Shown piece after piece: positions 17,161-26,184 of a DNA stretch of 64,000 bases. The position numbers and the translations under genes were made by a program. The first letter of the stretch is position 1. Every line of letters begins with the position of its first letter. This DNA is from Candidatus Spechtbacteria bacterium (lineage in GTDB: Bacteria > Patescibacteriota > Minisyncoccia > Spechtbacterales > JACPHP01), in the NCBI GenBank assembly GCA_016188605.1, contig JACPHP010000009.1:24786-88785 (forward strand). Reading direction: 5' to 3'. The notes beneath the pieces were generated by a model. That model worked only from the letters and a program-made list of their open reading frames with translations, was not told the origin of the DNA and did not search any database.

Positions 17161-19413
17161 TTAAGAGATGCTTTGCATCTCTCCCCAGGATTCTCCAACT
17201 TTAAGATCGACGGTCAACGGAACAGATAATTCAACAATACTTTCTAAAAGCAATCGTATCTCCTGCGCCCTTTTCTGTATTATATCATCATCAGCTTCCC
17301 ACAACAATTCGTCGTGCACCTGCAAGAGTAATGCTAGGCCCGGAAACTCTTTCTCCGCGCGCACCATTGCTAGTTTTACAATATCAGCGGAAGTCCCTTG
17401 CACTGGCATATTAATTGCCGCGCGCTCCGCGGATTTGCGTATGCGCGGATCGCGCGAGTCAATATCGGGGATAAATCTCTTGCGACCCCACAGTGTTTCC
17501 ACGTATCCGTGTTGGCGCACAAATCTCTTGGTATTCTCCATGTATGCGGTAACGCCTTTAAAAACAAGCATATATTTATCTACAAAATCGCTGGCATCCT
17601 TGTTAGAAATTTTTGCGCGGCGAGCAAATGCCCGAACACCCATACCATATATAAGGCCAAAGTTTAGGGATTTGGCGCGAAACCTCATCTCTTTTGTCAC
17701 GTCTTTTTCGTCAACTCCAAACACGCGGGCGGCCGTGTGCGTGTGGATATCCTCTCCCCTGCCAAACGCTGCGATCATTTCCTCGTCGTGCGCCAAATGC
17801 GCGATGACGCGCAATTCCATTTGCGAATAATCCGCGGATAAAAATTTCTTTCCCTGCGCGGGAATAAACGCGCTGCGTATCCCAGCACCTATATTCGTAT
17901 GAAGCGGAATATTCTGTAAATTCGGATTAGAAGAAGAGATTCTGCCGGTCGTGGTGCCAAGTTGATTAAAAGTTGTATGAATGCGCCCATCTTTTGCCAT
18001 TAGCGTTGGCAGTGGCAGTAGATATGTTGAAAGCAACTTTTGAAGCTCGCGATATTCTAGCACAAGCGCGATTATAGGATTCCCGTCGCTGATACGTTCA
18101 AGCTCCGGCGCGGATGTAGAGATTTCACCGCCGGGAGTTTTGCCCACGCCCTTGGAGGATATGCCTAGCTTTTCAAATAAGGTGTTTGATAATTGTTGAG
18201 GCGAATTGATATTGAACTCACCGCCTGCCATATCAAAAATCTTTTTTTCAAGCTGCCCAATATTTGCAGATATATCCTTCTCTATCTTCTGCAGGGCGCT
18301 GACATCAAGCCTTATTCCCCTTTTTTGCATCGCCTGTAGAACCGGCGTTATATTAATCTCCAAATCATAAATCTGTTTCGAGAAAACTCCCTGCTTAAAC
18401 TCTTCTTCTATTTTTTCTTGTATAGTCGGTTCTTTCTCTACGCCAAACAGACTGCCTTGTTTGGTCTTTTTTACTTGCGCCGACGCGAGTGTGATTGCTT
18501 GGCCATCAACCCCAAGCTCTGTGATTCTGCGAAATAATGTGGAAAAACCTAGCTGTTTAAATAAATCTTGAATCTGATTTGCGTCAAAATTCTTCCAGCG
18601 CGAAGCCGGAAGTGAAAATTTTACTGGCGCGTCTATGCGAATTGTCGCGAGCATCTTACTAAAAAACGCATCGTCCTTATGGGTTCGCAACAACTCTAAT
18701 ATGCGCGGCTTAATAGACGCGGGACTATCTTCTTTAATAGCCTCATATAAACCCTCTAGGGTTATAAATTCGTGCAACAACTTCATGGCTGTCTTCTCTC
18801 CGATACCGGGCACGCCAATAATATTGTCCGAAGGATCACCGCGCAGACCGCGATAATCTGCTAGTTGATCCGGCTTTAATCCATAGCGCTCAAATACTTC
18901 TTTCTCTCCATACAACACCGTGTCGTTTATTCCCTTCCGCATGGTAAACACACGAGTGTATTTATTCACCAACTGCAAGGCGTCCATATCGCCCGTAACA
19001 ATAATAATTTCTAGATCAGTAAACTGGTGTTTCTTTGGAGCTTGAGCTACTAATGTGCCAATAATATCATCTCCTTCAAAGCCCTCGTGCTCATATACGG
19101 GTATATGAAAAGCTGACAATACATCTTTTACTCGAGGTATTTGATTATAAAGCTCATCTGGAGCTTTAACGCGTTTTGCTTTGTATTCGCGGTATTCTTT
19201 GCTGCGGAACGTCGGAGCTGCCATGTCAAAAGCAGCCGCGACATAGTCTGGATTAAACTCCTTTAGTACTTTTAAGAGTATTGCAGTAAACCCATAGACT
19301 GCGTTGACCAGCTCCCCATCCGGCGCCGTTAGGGGTGGCAACGCGTGATAGGCGCGATGCACAAGCGCGTTTGAATCTAATATTACAAATTCTTTATGTT
19401 GATTTTTGTTCAT
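17161..19413 (-). CDS. polA: DNA polymerase I (5'-3' exonuclease plus polymerase domains; short form)
   Basis: Family A motifs DYSQMELRVIAHLA, NFGLIYGMG and QVHDELL. N-terminal 5' nuclease domain. 750 aa. Confidence 0.9.
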   Translation of the reverse strand: MNKNQHKEFVILDSNALVHRAYHALPPLTAPDGELVNAVYGFTAILLKVLKEFNPDYVAAAFDMAAPTFRSKEYREYKAKRVKAPDELYNQIPRVKDVLSAFHIPVYEHEGFEGDDIIGTLVAQAPKKHQFTDLEIIIVTGDMDALQLVNKYTRVFTMRKGINDTVLYGEKEVFERYGLKPDQLADYRGLRGDPSDNIIGVPGIGEKTAMKLLHEFITLEGLYEAIKEDSPASIKPRILELLRTHKDDAFFSKMLATIRIDAPVKFSLPASRWKNFDANQIQDLFKQLGFSTLFRRITELGVDGQAITLASAQVKKTKQGSLFGVEKEPTIQEKIEEEFKQGVFSKQIYDLEINITPVLQAMQKRGIRLDVSALQKIEKDISANIGQLEKKIFDMAGGEFNINSPQQLSNTLFEKLGISSKGVGKTPGGEISTSAPELERISDGNPIIALVLEYRELQKLLSTYLLPLPTLMAKDGRIHTTFNQLGTTTGRISSSNPNLQNIPLHTNIGAGIRSAFIPAQGKKFLSADYSQMELRVIAHLAHDEEMIAAFGRGEDIHTHTAARVFGVDEKDVTKEMRFRAKSLNFGLIYGMGVRAFARRAKISNKDASDFVDKYMLVFKGVTAYMENTKRFVRQHGYVETLWGRKRFIPDIDSRDPRIRKSAERAAINMPVQGTSADIVKLAMVRAEKEFPGLALLLQVHDELLWEADDDIIQKRAQEIRLLLESIVELSVPLTVDLKVGESWGEMQSIS

Positions 19414-19419
19414 TACTTA

Positions 19420-19860
19420 TTACAAAAATGATATTTTCCTAGCGCTATCCTTAATAGAAAAATAAATTTGTATCATTCCCTCGGGGTAAAGCGAAGGAAA
19501 TTTATCTGCCCACTCAACCAACACAAGATGTGAAGTATTACTAATAATTTCATCCCACTCAAGAATTTTGATATCTGATGGGCTAGAAAGTCTATACCAA
19601 TCAAAGTGATAAAACGTGGAAATACCGTGTAGTGTTTTTGGCAGTACAAGAGGCCTCATAATAATAAAAGTTGGGCTCTGGACGATCCTCGTAATACCGA
19701 GTCCTTTTGCTATGCCTTGCGTGAAGGTTGTTTTACCTGCTCCAAGCTCCCCCTCAAGTCCAACACAAAGAGCGCCTGACCTAGGACGCTTAATAGCATC
19801 TATAATAAACCTTGCGGCAATCTTCTGTGTTTCTAGCGGACTATTCGATATATATTCCAT
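19420..19860 (-). CDS. tsaE: tRNA threonylcarbamoyladenosine biosynthesis protein TsaE
   Basis: P-loop GELGAGKTTF. The ORF-track start is a TTG at 19881; the ATG at 19860 (MEYISNSP...) is more likely. Confidence 0.7.
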   Translation of the reverse strand: MEYISNSPLETQKIAARFIIDAIKRPRSGALCVGLEGELGAGKTTFTQGIAKGLGITRIVQSPTFIIMRPLVLPKTLHGISTFYHFDWYRLSSPSDIKILEWDEIISNTSHLVLVEWADKFPSLYPEGMIQIYFSIKDSARKISFL

Positions 19861-20092
19861 AGCGAATATCTCAAAACGCAAATCTTAAATCGCAAAACTA
19901 CAACTCAAATCTAAAAACTACAAGAGGCTTATGGCGAAGATTTTAGATTTAAGATTTAGTAAAAGATTTTCCGCCCGAGGCGGATCAGCCTCTGGCTGAG
20001 AGTTTTACGATTTAGATTTAAGATTTGCCATTTGAGATTTGAGATAAATAATCGAATGTGAGACAATAATCTATTACACATCTAGCAACCCT
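19861..20092. repeat. Palindromic intergenic element, 'tctcaaa' heptamer family, with a short GC double hairpin at its centre
   Basis: Left arm of degenerate 7-mers (tctcaaa acgcaaa tcttaaa tcgcaaa actacaa ctcaaat...). Centre at 19955-19996: agtaaaagattttccgcccgaggcggatcagcctctggctgagag. The right arm is the inverted array (agatttaagatttgccatttgagatttgaga). Confidence 0.6.
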
Positions 20093-20656
20093 ATGAACAC
20101 TGAGGCTGCAACCGACCTACTTACCGACATTATTGCACAGACAAACAAGTTTCAACACCCCAAAGTCAGCTCGCAATCACTAAAGATTGCATCGATTCTT
20201 GTTGAGAAGGGGGCCGATTATCAGAAAGCCTCACAAAAACAAAATAACCAAAGATCTCTATCTTCACTATATTTATGGGGTGAGGTACTTAGTAATCTAA
20301 CGTGTGATAATGAGGTTGGTACATGCTGGAGCGTGCTAGCAGAATCTTGCTTTATTAAGACCAAAACTACACCGATGCAAATCCCACGTCTTCTTTTGCA
20401 ACTTCGCAATTATATTTATCCCAAAGAAACAGTTATAATTCTCTGGAGCGATCCGCCGCAAACAAAATCCCGCTCCCTTTTTGGAAATCGCGCTCTTATT
20501 TTAAGTTCCCGTACCAATTTCAGTGCTTATCTACAACCTATTGAATTTGTACAGAAGAATATTTTTCTAGCTACATATCTTCAGGATAAAGAAATATTTG
20601 AAGCATCAAACGACCTGATAGAGCACTTGGGATTCGCTCTGTCAAAAAAAAGCTAA
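20093..20656 (+). CDS. Hypothetical protein upstream of the PilB/GspE ATPase
   Basis: 187-aa ORF with no recognisable motifs. It is co-directional with the following ATPase, 4 bp away. Confidence 0.35.
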   Translation: MNTEAATDLLTDIIAQTNKFQHPKVSSQSLKIASILVEKGADYQKASQKQNNQRSLSSLYLWGEVLSNLTCDNEVGTCWSVLAESCFIKTKTTPMQIPRLLLQLRNYIYPKETVIILWSDPPQTKSRSLFGNRALILSSRTNFSAYLQPIEFVQKNIFLATYLQDKEIFEASNDLIEHLGFALSKKS

Positions 20657-20660
20657 TTGC

Positions 20661-22382
20661 TTGCAATTGGCTAAAATGCATAATTTAGGTACGATACAAA
20701 ATATGGAATCTCCGTTTGTAATACCAAAAGAACAACAACGCGAACAAGAGCATGAAATAACCTCTTTACGCGCCAAGGAAGAGGAAGAATTTGCAAAAAA
20801 ACTTGCGGAAGATTTGAATCTGCCTTATATCAATCTTTCTTTTGTCCCCATTCAGCAGGAAGCGGTACAAATTATTCCTAAAGACGAAGCGCGAGAAGCT
20901 GAAATTGCTATCATCCAAAAAACCGGACGTGTAATTCAGATAGTCGCTCGAGACCCGCGCAATAAAAACGCGAAAAATATTATTGACTCACTAAAAAACC
21001 AATATATTCGCGTTACTATATTTGTTGTCTCCGAAACAAGTCTTAAAAAGGCGTGGGGGCAATATCCAAAATCAACAGGGAAAACAAAGATTACCGGCGA
21101 AGTAAGCATCTCCCCCAATGCGGTCAAAAGCCTGCGAGAATCAATTCATTCCTGGGATGATTTGCGCCAAAACCTCTCAACGCTTTCCGAAGAGCGGGTA
21201 TCTAGTGTTCTTGAGATGATTCTTGCTGGGGCGCTTAACTTACGAGCGTCGGATGTGCATATTGAGACACAAGATAAAGATCGCTCCGTCCTACGCTTGC
21301 GCATCGATGGAATCCTTCACAATATCACGGAGATATCCCCTCACGCCCAACGACTATTGCTTTCTCGTGTTAAATTATTATCTGGCATGAAATTAAATAT
21401 CAAGAACACATCGCAGGATGGACGCTTTTCTCTAGCGTCTGGTGAGGATCAAATAGAAATTAGATCTTCCGCGCTTCCCGGAGAATATGGAGAAAATATA
21501 GTCTTGAGAGTACTAGATCCGGCTTCACTAAAATCTGTGGCTGATTTAGGCTTCCGCCAAAATTTATTTGAACTTATAGATTCTCAAATCCACCAGCCAA
21601 ACGGCATGATACTTGTAACAGGCCCGACGGGATCAGGAAAAACTACCACGCTATATGCTTTTTTAAAAACACTAGCTACTCCTGAGGTAAAAATCATTAC
21701 GCTTGAAGATCCCGTAGAATACCATTTGGAAGGAATTACTCAGACACAGGTTGACCCAAAACACAATTATACGTTTGCTAGCGGTCTGCGTTCCATACTG
21801 CGCCAAGATCCGGATATTATTCTTGTTGGAGAAATTCGTGACGACGAGACGGCCGATACTGCAATTCACGCCTCGCTTACAGGCCACCTTGTTTTTTCAA
21901 CACTGCACACAAACGATGCTGCTGGCGCTATTCCCCGCCTTATGTCGCTTGGCGGAGACCCCGCCGTTTTAGGATCTGCGCTTCATATGATTATCGCTCA
22001 ACGATTAGTACGCGTGCTTTGCGCGGCTTGCAAAAAATCATATACGCCGACTAAAGAGGAGATGGCATATATTCAAGACGTTATCAATTCGCTTCCTATA
22101 CAATTTCCCAAGCCGGTTTTCTCGGTAACAGATTCGCTGTATATACCGGTAGGTTGTGAGGAATGTACGGCAACTGGTTATCGCGGAAGAATTGGTGTTT
22201 TTGAAATTTTGCCGATGACACCAGAACTTGAACAACTAATTCAAAAACATCCTACAATCGCACAAATTAAAGATTTAGCTTATTCTATTGGCGTTACAAC
22301 TATGGAACAAGATGGAGTGCTTAATGTGATTGCCGGTAATACAACTATTGAAGAAGTTAAGAGAGTTATGGGAGAGGAATAG
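20661..22382 (+). CDS. Type II secretion / type IV pilus assembly ATPase (GspE/PilB family)
   Basis: Walker A VTGPTGSGKTTTLYA, GEIRD, His box, and a C-terminal tetracysteine motif (CAACKK...GCEECTATGYRGRIGVFEIL). 573 aa. Confidence 0.85.
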   Translation: MQLAKMHNLGTIQNMESPFVIPKEQQREQEHEITSLRAKEEEEFAKKLAEDLNLPYINLSFVPIQQEAVQIIPKDEAREAEIAIIQKTGRVIQIVARDPRNKNAKNIIDSLKNQYIRVTIFVVSETSLKKAWGQYPKSTGKTKITGEVSISPNAVKSLRESIHSWDDLRQNLSTLSEERVSSVLEMILAGALNLRASDVHIETQDKDRSVLRLRIDGILHNITEISPHAQRLLLSRVKLLSGMKLNIKNTSQDGRFSLASGEDQIEIRSSALPGEYGENIVLRVLDPASLKSVADLGFRQNLFELIDSQIHQPNGMILVTGPTGSGKTTTLYAFLKTLATPEVKIITLEDPVEYHLEGITQTQVDPKHNYTFASGLRSILRQDPDIILVGEIRDDETADTAIHASLTGHLVFSTLHTNDAAGAIPRLMSLGGDPAVLGSALHMIIAQRLVRVLCAACKKSYTPTKEEMAYIQDVINSLPIQFPKPVFSVTDSLYIPVGCEECTATGYRGRIGVFEILPMTPELEQLIQKHPTIAQIKDLAYSIGVTTMEQDGVLNVIAGNTTIEEVKRVMGEE

Positions 22383-22888
22383 ATATATAGAGAGCACCCT
22401 CCTTCGCTCTGATAAGATCAGGGCTTCGAAAGGGTTGTTTTAATAAGTCCACAACCATGGACTTATTAAAACAAAAACCCCTCGACAAGCTCGGGGCAAG
22501 ACATCCACAAAGATGTAGGCAACTCCTGGCATGGGAACCGAGGATTTAGGATTTTTCCGAGGAACGCCTCAGTCGGAACCAAAACGCCCGGTGTCTAAGA
22601 AAAATCCCGTGTCTATCATAGGACAGACGTGTTGCCCACATCCTTATGGATGTATCGATACATGTTAGCAAATTAAGAACTATTTGTCAAGGAAGACGGA
22701 ATAACATATCATTATCTCAAAAATCAAATCGCAAATTGCAAATCTAAATCTCAAATCTTCAGCCCGAGGCTGATCCCCGCCAAAGGCGGGCAGGCGTCTC
22801 TGGCGGAAAAATACCGTAGTTTGTAGTTTCAAGATTTGAGTTGTAATTTTGAGTTTTGCGATTTCAGATTTGAGATTTAAATTTTACT
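22383..22888. other. Non-coding region of about 500 bp with several perfect hairpins; candidate structured ncRNA or leader that I could not identify
   Basis: No ORF of 60 aa or more. Hairpins tttaataagtcca-caacca-tggacttattaaa (about 22440-22475), acatcc-ttat-ggatgt and palindrome atgtatcgatacat (about 22650-22680). Mixed GC composition, unlike the AT-rich heptamer elements. The heptamer palindromic element occupies 22690-22888. Confidence 0.3.
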
Positions 22889-23986
22889 ATGTCCGACGAT
22901 CCATTATTATCAAAAAATCACCTATCTGAAGACGTGACCCTCGATCTGGCTCTCCGCCCTCACTCTTGGGACGACTATATCGGCCAAACAAACACTAAAA
23001 ACAATTTGCGCGTGTTTATTGAGGCCGCCAAAAAAAGAAGCGATCCTCTTGATCATGTGCTTATTTACGGGCCCCCGGGTCTTGGCAAAACGACCCTGGC
23101 CCATCTTATCGCTAGAGAATTAGGTACATCGATTAAACTAACCTCTGGCCCGGCAATTGAGCGTGTTGGCGACCTTGCTTCAATCCTCACCAATCTTACG
23201 CCCGGCGAAGTTCTTTTTATTGATGAAGCGCACCGTCTAAATAAAACAATTGAAGAGGTGTTGTACCCCGCGATGGAAAATCGCACGCTTGATATTATTC
23301 TCGGAAAGGGTCCCTCTGCGCGAACAATTCAACTTGAGCTCCCCCCGTTTACGCTCATTGCGGCAACAACACGCATCGGCCTGCTCTCATCTCCCTTACG
23401 ATCTCGCTTTGGCATAACGCTGCATGTAGAATACTACAGCCATGAGGATATTGGCCAGATACTTACTAGGTCAGCGCGAATGCTGGGCATACAGAGCAGG
23501 GGCAATGCACTGCCTTTAATTGCTAGATCTAGCAGATCCACTCCTCGCGTAGCAAATAGACTTATTAAAAGAGTGCGTGATTATGCTGATGTGCGCGGCG
23601 AAGGTATTATTACACCAGAAATTGTAAAGCACTCGCTTAATATGCTTGAAGTAGACGAGCTGGGGCTTGAAACAACAGATAGACGAATTTTGGAAATTAT
23701 TATAAACAAATTTCGCGGCGGGCCTGTTGGCATCTCTACTCTTGCCGCAGGCACCTCGGAAGAAGAGGATACAATTGAAGAAGTATACGAGCCATACCTT
23801 CTCCAACTCGGATTTATCGAACGCACGCCGCGCGGACGCATCGCCACCCCCCTCGCCTATCAACACCTCGGTATTGACCCAGTTAGAAACAACTCCGCGG
23901 AAACCTTGCAGACTCGTGTTAGTAATGCTAATGAAACTTCTAATGAGGTTGACATTACAAACCAAAACCAACAAAATCTGTTCTAG
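22889..23986 (+). CDS. ruvB: Holliday junction DNA helicase RuvB (with a C-terminal low-complexity extension of about 30 aa)
   Basis: [11 protein letters not shown], Walker B FIDEAHRL, 365 aa. Tail ...[31 protein letters not shown]. Confidence 0.9.
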   Translation: MSDDPLLSKNHLSEDVTLDLALRPHSWDDYIGQTNTKNNLRVFIEAAKKRSDPLDHVLIYGPPGLGKTTLAHLIARELGTSIKLTSGPAIERVGDLASILTNLTPGEVLFIDEAHRLNKTIEEVLYPAMENRTLDIILGKGPSARTIQLELPPFTLIAATTRIGLLSSPLRSRFGITLHVEYYSHEDIGQILTRSARMLGIQSRGNALPLIARSSRSTPRVANRLIKRVRDYADVRGEGIITPEIVKHSLNMLEVDELGLETTDRRILEIIINKFRGGPVGISTLAAGTSEEEDTIEEVYEPYLLQLGFIERTPRGRIATPLAYQHLGIDPVRNNSAETLQTRVSNANETSNEVDITNQNQQNLF

Positions 23987-24057
23987 ATAGAGATATACAC
24001 ATCCCGCTTGCGGGATTCCGTAATTTTTCAATTTTCGCTTTTAATTTTTAATTAGGT

Positions 24058-24786
24058 ATGTCTGGACACTCCCATTGGGCAGGTATTAAACACAAAAAAG
24101 AAGCTAACGACAAAAAACGAGCTCAGGTCTTTGCTAAAGCCGCTCGCTTAATTACTGTCGCCGCGCGTGTTGGCGGGGGTGATGTTAATATGAACGCCAC
24201 ACTTCGTACTGCGATTGAAAAAGCGCGAAGTCTTAACATGCCTAAAGACAACATTGATCGCGCTATTAAAAAAGGCGTTGGAGGTATTGATGGTGAGCAA
24301 TTCGAAGAAACAACTATGGAGGCATACGGACCTGCTGGAACCGCCCTTCTTATTAAGGTTATTACCGACAACAAGAACAGAACCCTTGCCGACGTAAGAC
24401 ACGTGCTTAATCAGCACCAAGGCAAAATAGCAGAGGGGGGAAGCGTGCAGTGGTTGTTTGATAGAACGATTGTATTTTCACTTCAATTGCCAGCCGGTCA
24501 ATCTAAAGATGATTTTGAATTGTCGGTTATAGATGCCGGAGCAACAGACACGGAGTGGGACGAGGATACGCTTTTTGCATACTGCGCTCCAGATCATGCG
24601 GAAACCTTGCGAGTTAATCTTGAAAAACAGGGTGTAATAATTCAATCTTCAGAGCTTGAGATGCGCGCTAAAACAGAGACTGCCGTAGACACCCCTACTG
24701 AAGAACAGTTGCGCAAACTTTTGGAAGCGCTTGATGATTTGGATGATGTACAGAGCGTTTACAGTAATGTAGCTTTTACTGAATAA
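24058..24786 (+). CDS. yebC: YebC/PmpR-family DNA-binding regulatory protein
   Basis: N-terminus MSGHSHWAGIKHKKEANDKKRAQVFAK... 242 aa. Confidence 0.9.
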   Translation: MSGHSHWAGIKHKKEANDKKRAQVFAKAARLITVAARVGGGDVNMNATLRTAIEKARSLNMPKDNIDRAIKKGVGGIDGEQFEETTMEAYGPAGTALLIKVITDNKNRTLADVRHVLNQHQGKIAEGGSVQWLFDRTIVFSLQLPAGQSKDDFELSVIDAGATDTEWDEDTLFAYCAPDHAETLRVNLEKQGVIIQSSELEMRAKTETAVDTPTEEQLRKLLEALDDLDDVQSVYSNVAFTE

Positions 24787-24998
24787 CCTCAAAACTTAAA
24801 TAGTAAATCTAATCCTTAAATCTTCGCTGTAGTTTTCAGATTTGAGTTTTAGTAAAAGATTTTCCGCCCGAGGCGCCTGCCCGCCTCTGGCGGGGATCAG
24901 CCTTAGCGTAAAATTACATTTTGTTGTAATTTTTGTTAAACGTAGAAATACATTCTGTTGTATTTCTTGCTCTGGCTGAGAGTTTTGCGATTTGAAAT
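24787..24998. repeat. Composite palindromic intergenic element with a core of about 140 bp (24842-24980) that recurs inverted at 28875-29013
   Basis: Core agtaaaagattttccgcccgaggcgcctgcccgcctctggcggggatcagccttagcgtaaaattacattttgttgtaatttttgttaaacgtagaaatacattctgttgtatttcttgctctggctgagag, flanked by 'agatttgag' heptamer arrays. Confidence 0.7.
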
Positions 24999-25490
24999 TT
25001 GAGATTTATTTCTATGAACATTAGAGTACTCGGAATTGATCCTGGCACCGCGCGCGTAGGTTTTGGTGTTGTAGAAAAAAGCACTAGAGGCGCTGTTCAT
25101 ATTGCGTCTGGATGCATTACCACATCCGCCAAAACAGATCCGACTGAACGCCTGGCAACGATATTTACCCAAACTCAACAACTTATTGAAACTTACAAAC
25201 CTCAATTATTCGGAATTGAAGATTTATTTTACTTTAAAAATCAAAAAACTATCATTCAGGTAGGACAAGCGCGCGGCGTTCTGCTCCTTGCCGCCACTCT
25301 TGCAAAAATCCCTGTTTGTTCGTATACTCCCCTGCAGATTAAACAGGCTGTCACCGGCTATGGCCAGGCTGATAAGAACCAGGTCCAAAAGATGGTTCAA
25401 AAACTCCTGGGGCTTGAAAGCATACCTCGTCCCGATGATGCGGCCGATGGTCTTGCGATTGCAATATGCTGTCTCCATTCTTGTTTATAG
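24999..25490 (+). CDS. ruvC: Crossover junction endodeoxyribonuclease RuvC
   Basis: RVLGIDPGTARVGFGVVEK... The start may be the ATG at 25014 (MNIRVLGIDPG). Confidence 0.85.
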   Translation: MRFISMNIRVLGIDPGTARVGFGVVEKSTRGAVHIASGCITTSAKTDPTERLATIFTQTQQLIETYKPQLFGIEDLFYFKNQKTIIQVGQARGVLLLAATLAKIPVCSYTPLQIKQAVTGYGQADKNQVQKMVQKLLGLESIPRPDDAADGLAIAICCLHSCL

Positions 25491-26119
25491 AAAATCTAAT
25501 TTCATACGCACCAGGCGCAACAGCCGCGGGATTTACAAACGCAACACTGCATTTTGTTTTATTTGCGCCAATTTTAATTGTTTTTGTTGTTGCCGCAAGA
25601 CAAATCATCGGACTGCGTGGTGTCGGAATCGCGGCGCCTCTTGTTTCAATATATCTGGTTGCCCAAACGGGTGTTGCTCTTGGATTTATTGTTGTCTCGT
25701 CTGTGATTGCGGCTGGTTTTATAACGCGCCTTTTTCTAAAATATACCCATCTTCTGTTTCTTCCTCGTATCGGACTATTTATACTCGTTGCCATAGGCTC
25801 TACGCTGCCTTTCGTATTTATTGATATAAACAACCGATCAACAATTCCTTTTATAACGCCGCTTATAGTTATCACCGCCCTTGTGCTCACAGAAAGGCTA
25901 TTTGAGGGCAATAGACCGCCAGTTTTTGCCGCGGCAGAATTTTTATCTATTCTTCTGGCTGGTGTAATTATTATACGCATAGAAATTCTTGATTATATAT
26001 TCTTGGTTTATCCTTGGCTATCATTTGCACTCGGGGTTATTTTATTGGTATTTTTAGGACGTTGGACCGGACTGCGCCTGACCGAATATTTTCGTTTCAG
26101 GTCGTCTCTTGACCAATAA
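25466..26119 (+). CDS. Polytopic membrane protein (about 6-7 TM helices); candidate 7TM partner of the adjacent ATP-grasp/retropepsin protein
   Basis: Highly hydrophobic ORF of 217 aa. The opposite-strand ORF 25351..25980 is R/T-rich and was judged a shadow. Its position directly upstream of the ATP-grasp gene matches the described 7TM-ATPgrasp-protease neighbourhood. Confidence 0.5.
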   Translation: MLSPFLFIENLISYAPGATAAGFTNATLHFVLFAPILIVFVVAARQIIGLRGVGIAAPLVSIYLVAQTGVALGFIVVSSVIAAGFITRLFLKYTHLLFLPRIGLFILVAIGSTLPFVFIDINNRSTIPFITPLIVITALVLTERLFEGNRPPVFAAAEFLSILLAGVIIIRIEILDYIFLVYPWLSFALGVILLVFLGRWTGLRLTEYFRFRSSLDQ

Positions 26120-26184
26120 TGTGGGGTATCGGATACCCCGCATAAGATGTCTCACATAAACACTCTGCTATTCTCTTCTTAATT

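Noticed and set aside
17168-17830. 220-aa plus-strand ORF inside polA
   Set aside because: Antisense to a well-supported PolA frame with all family A motifs. S/R-rich.
22383-22888. RNase P RNA, tmRNA or SRP RNA in the large pilB-ruvB gap
   Set aside because: I found no P4 strands (AGGAAAGUCCGGGC / ACAGAAxCCGGCUUA), no tmRNA terminal CCA/T-arm or tag ORF, and no SRP GGAA-tetraloop/AGCAGC motif on either strand. Left as an unassigned candidate ncRNA.
25351-25980. 209-aa minus-strand ORF overlapping the membrane-protein gene
   Set aside because: R/T/P-rich low-complexity translation. The plus-strand frame encodes a coherent polytopic membrane protein in operon context. Judged antisense shadow.
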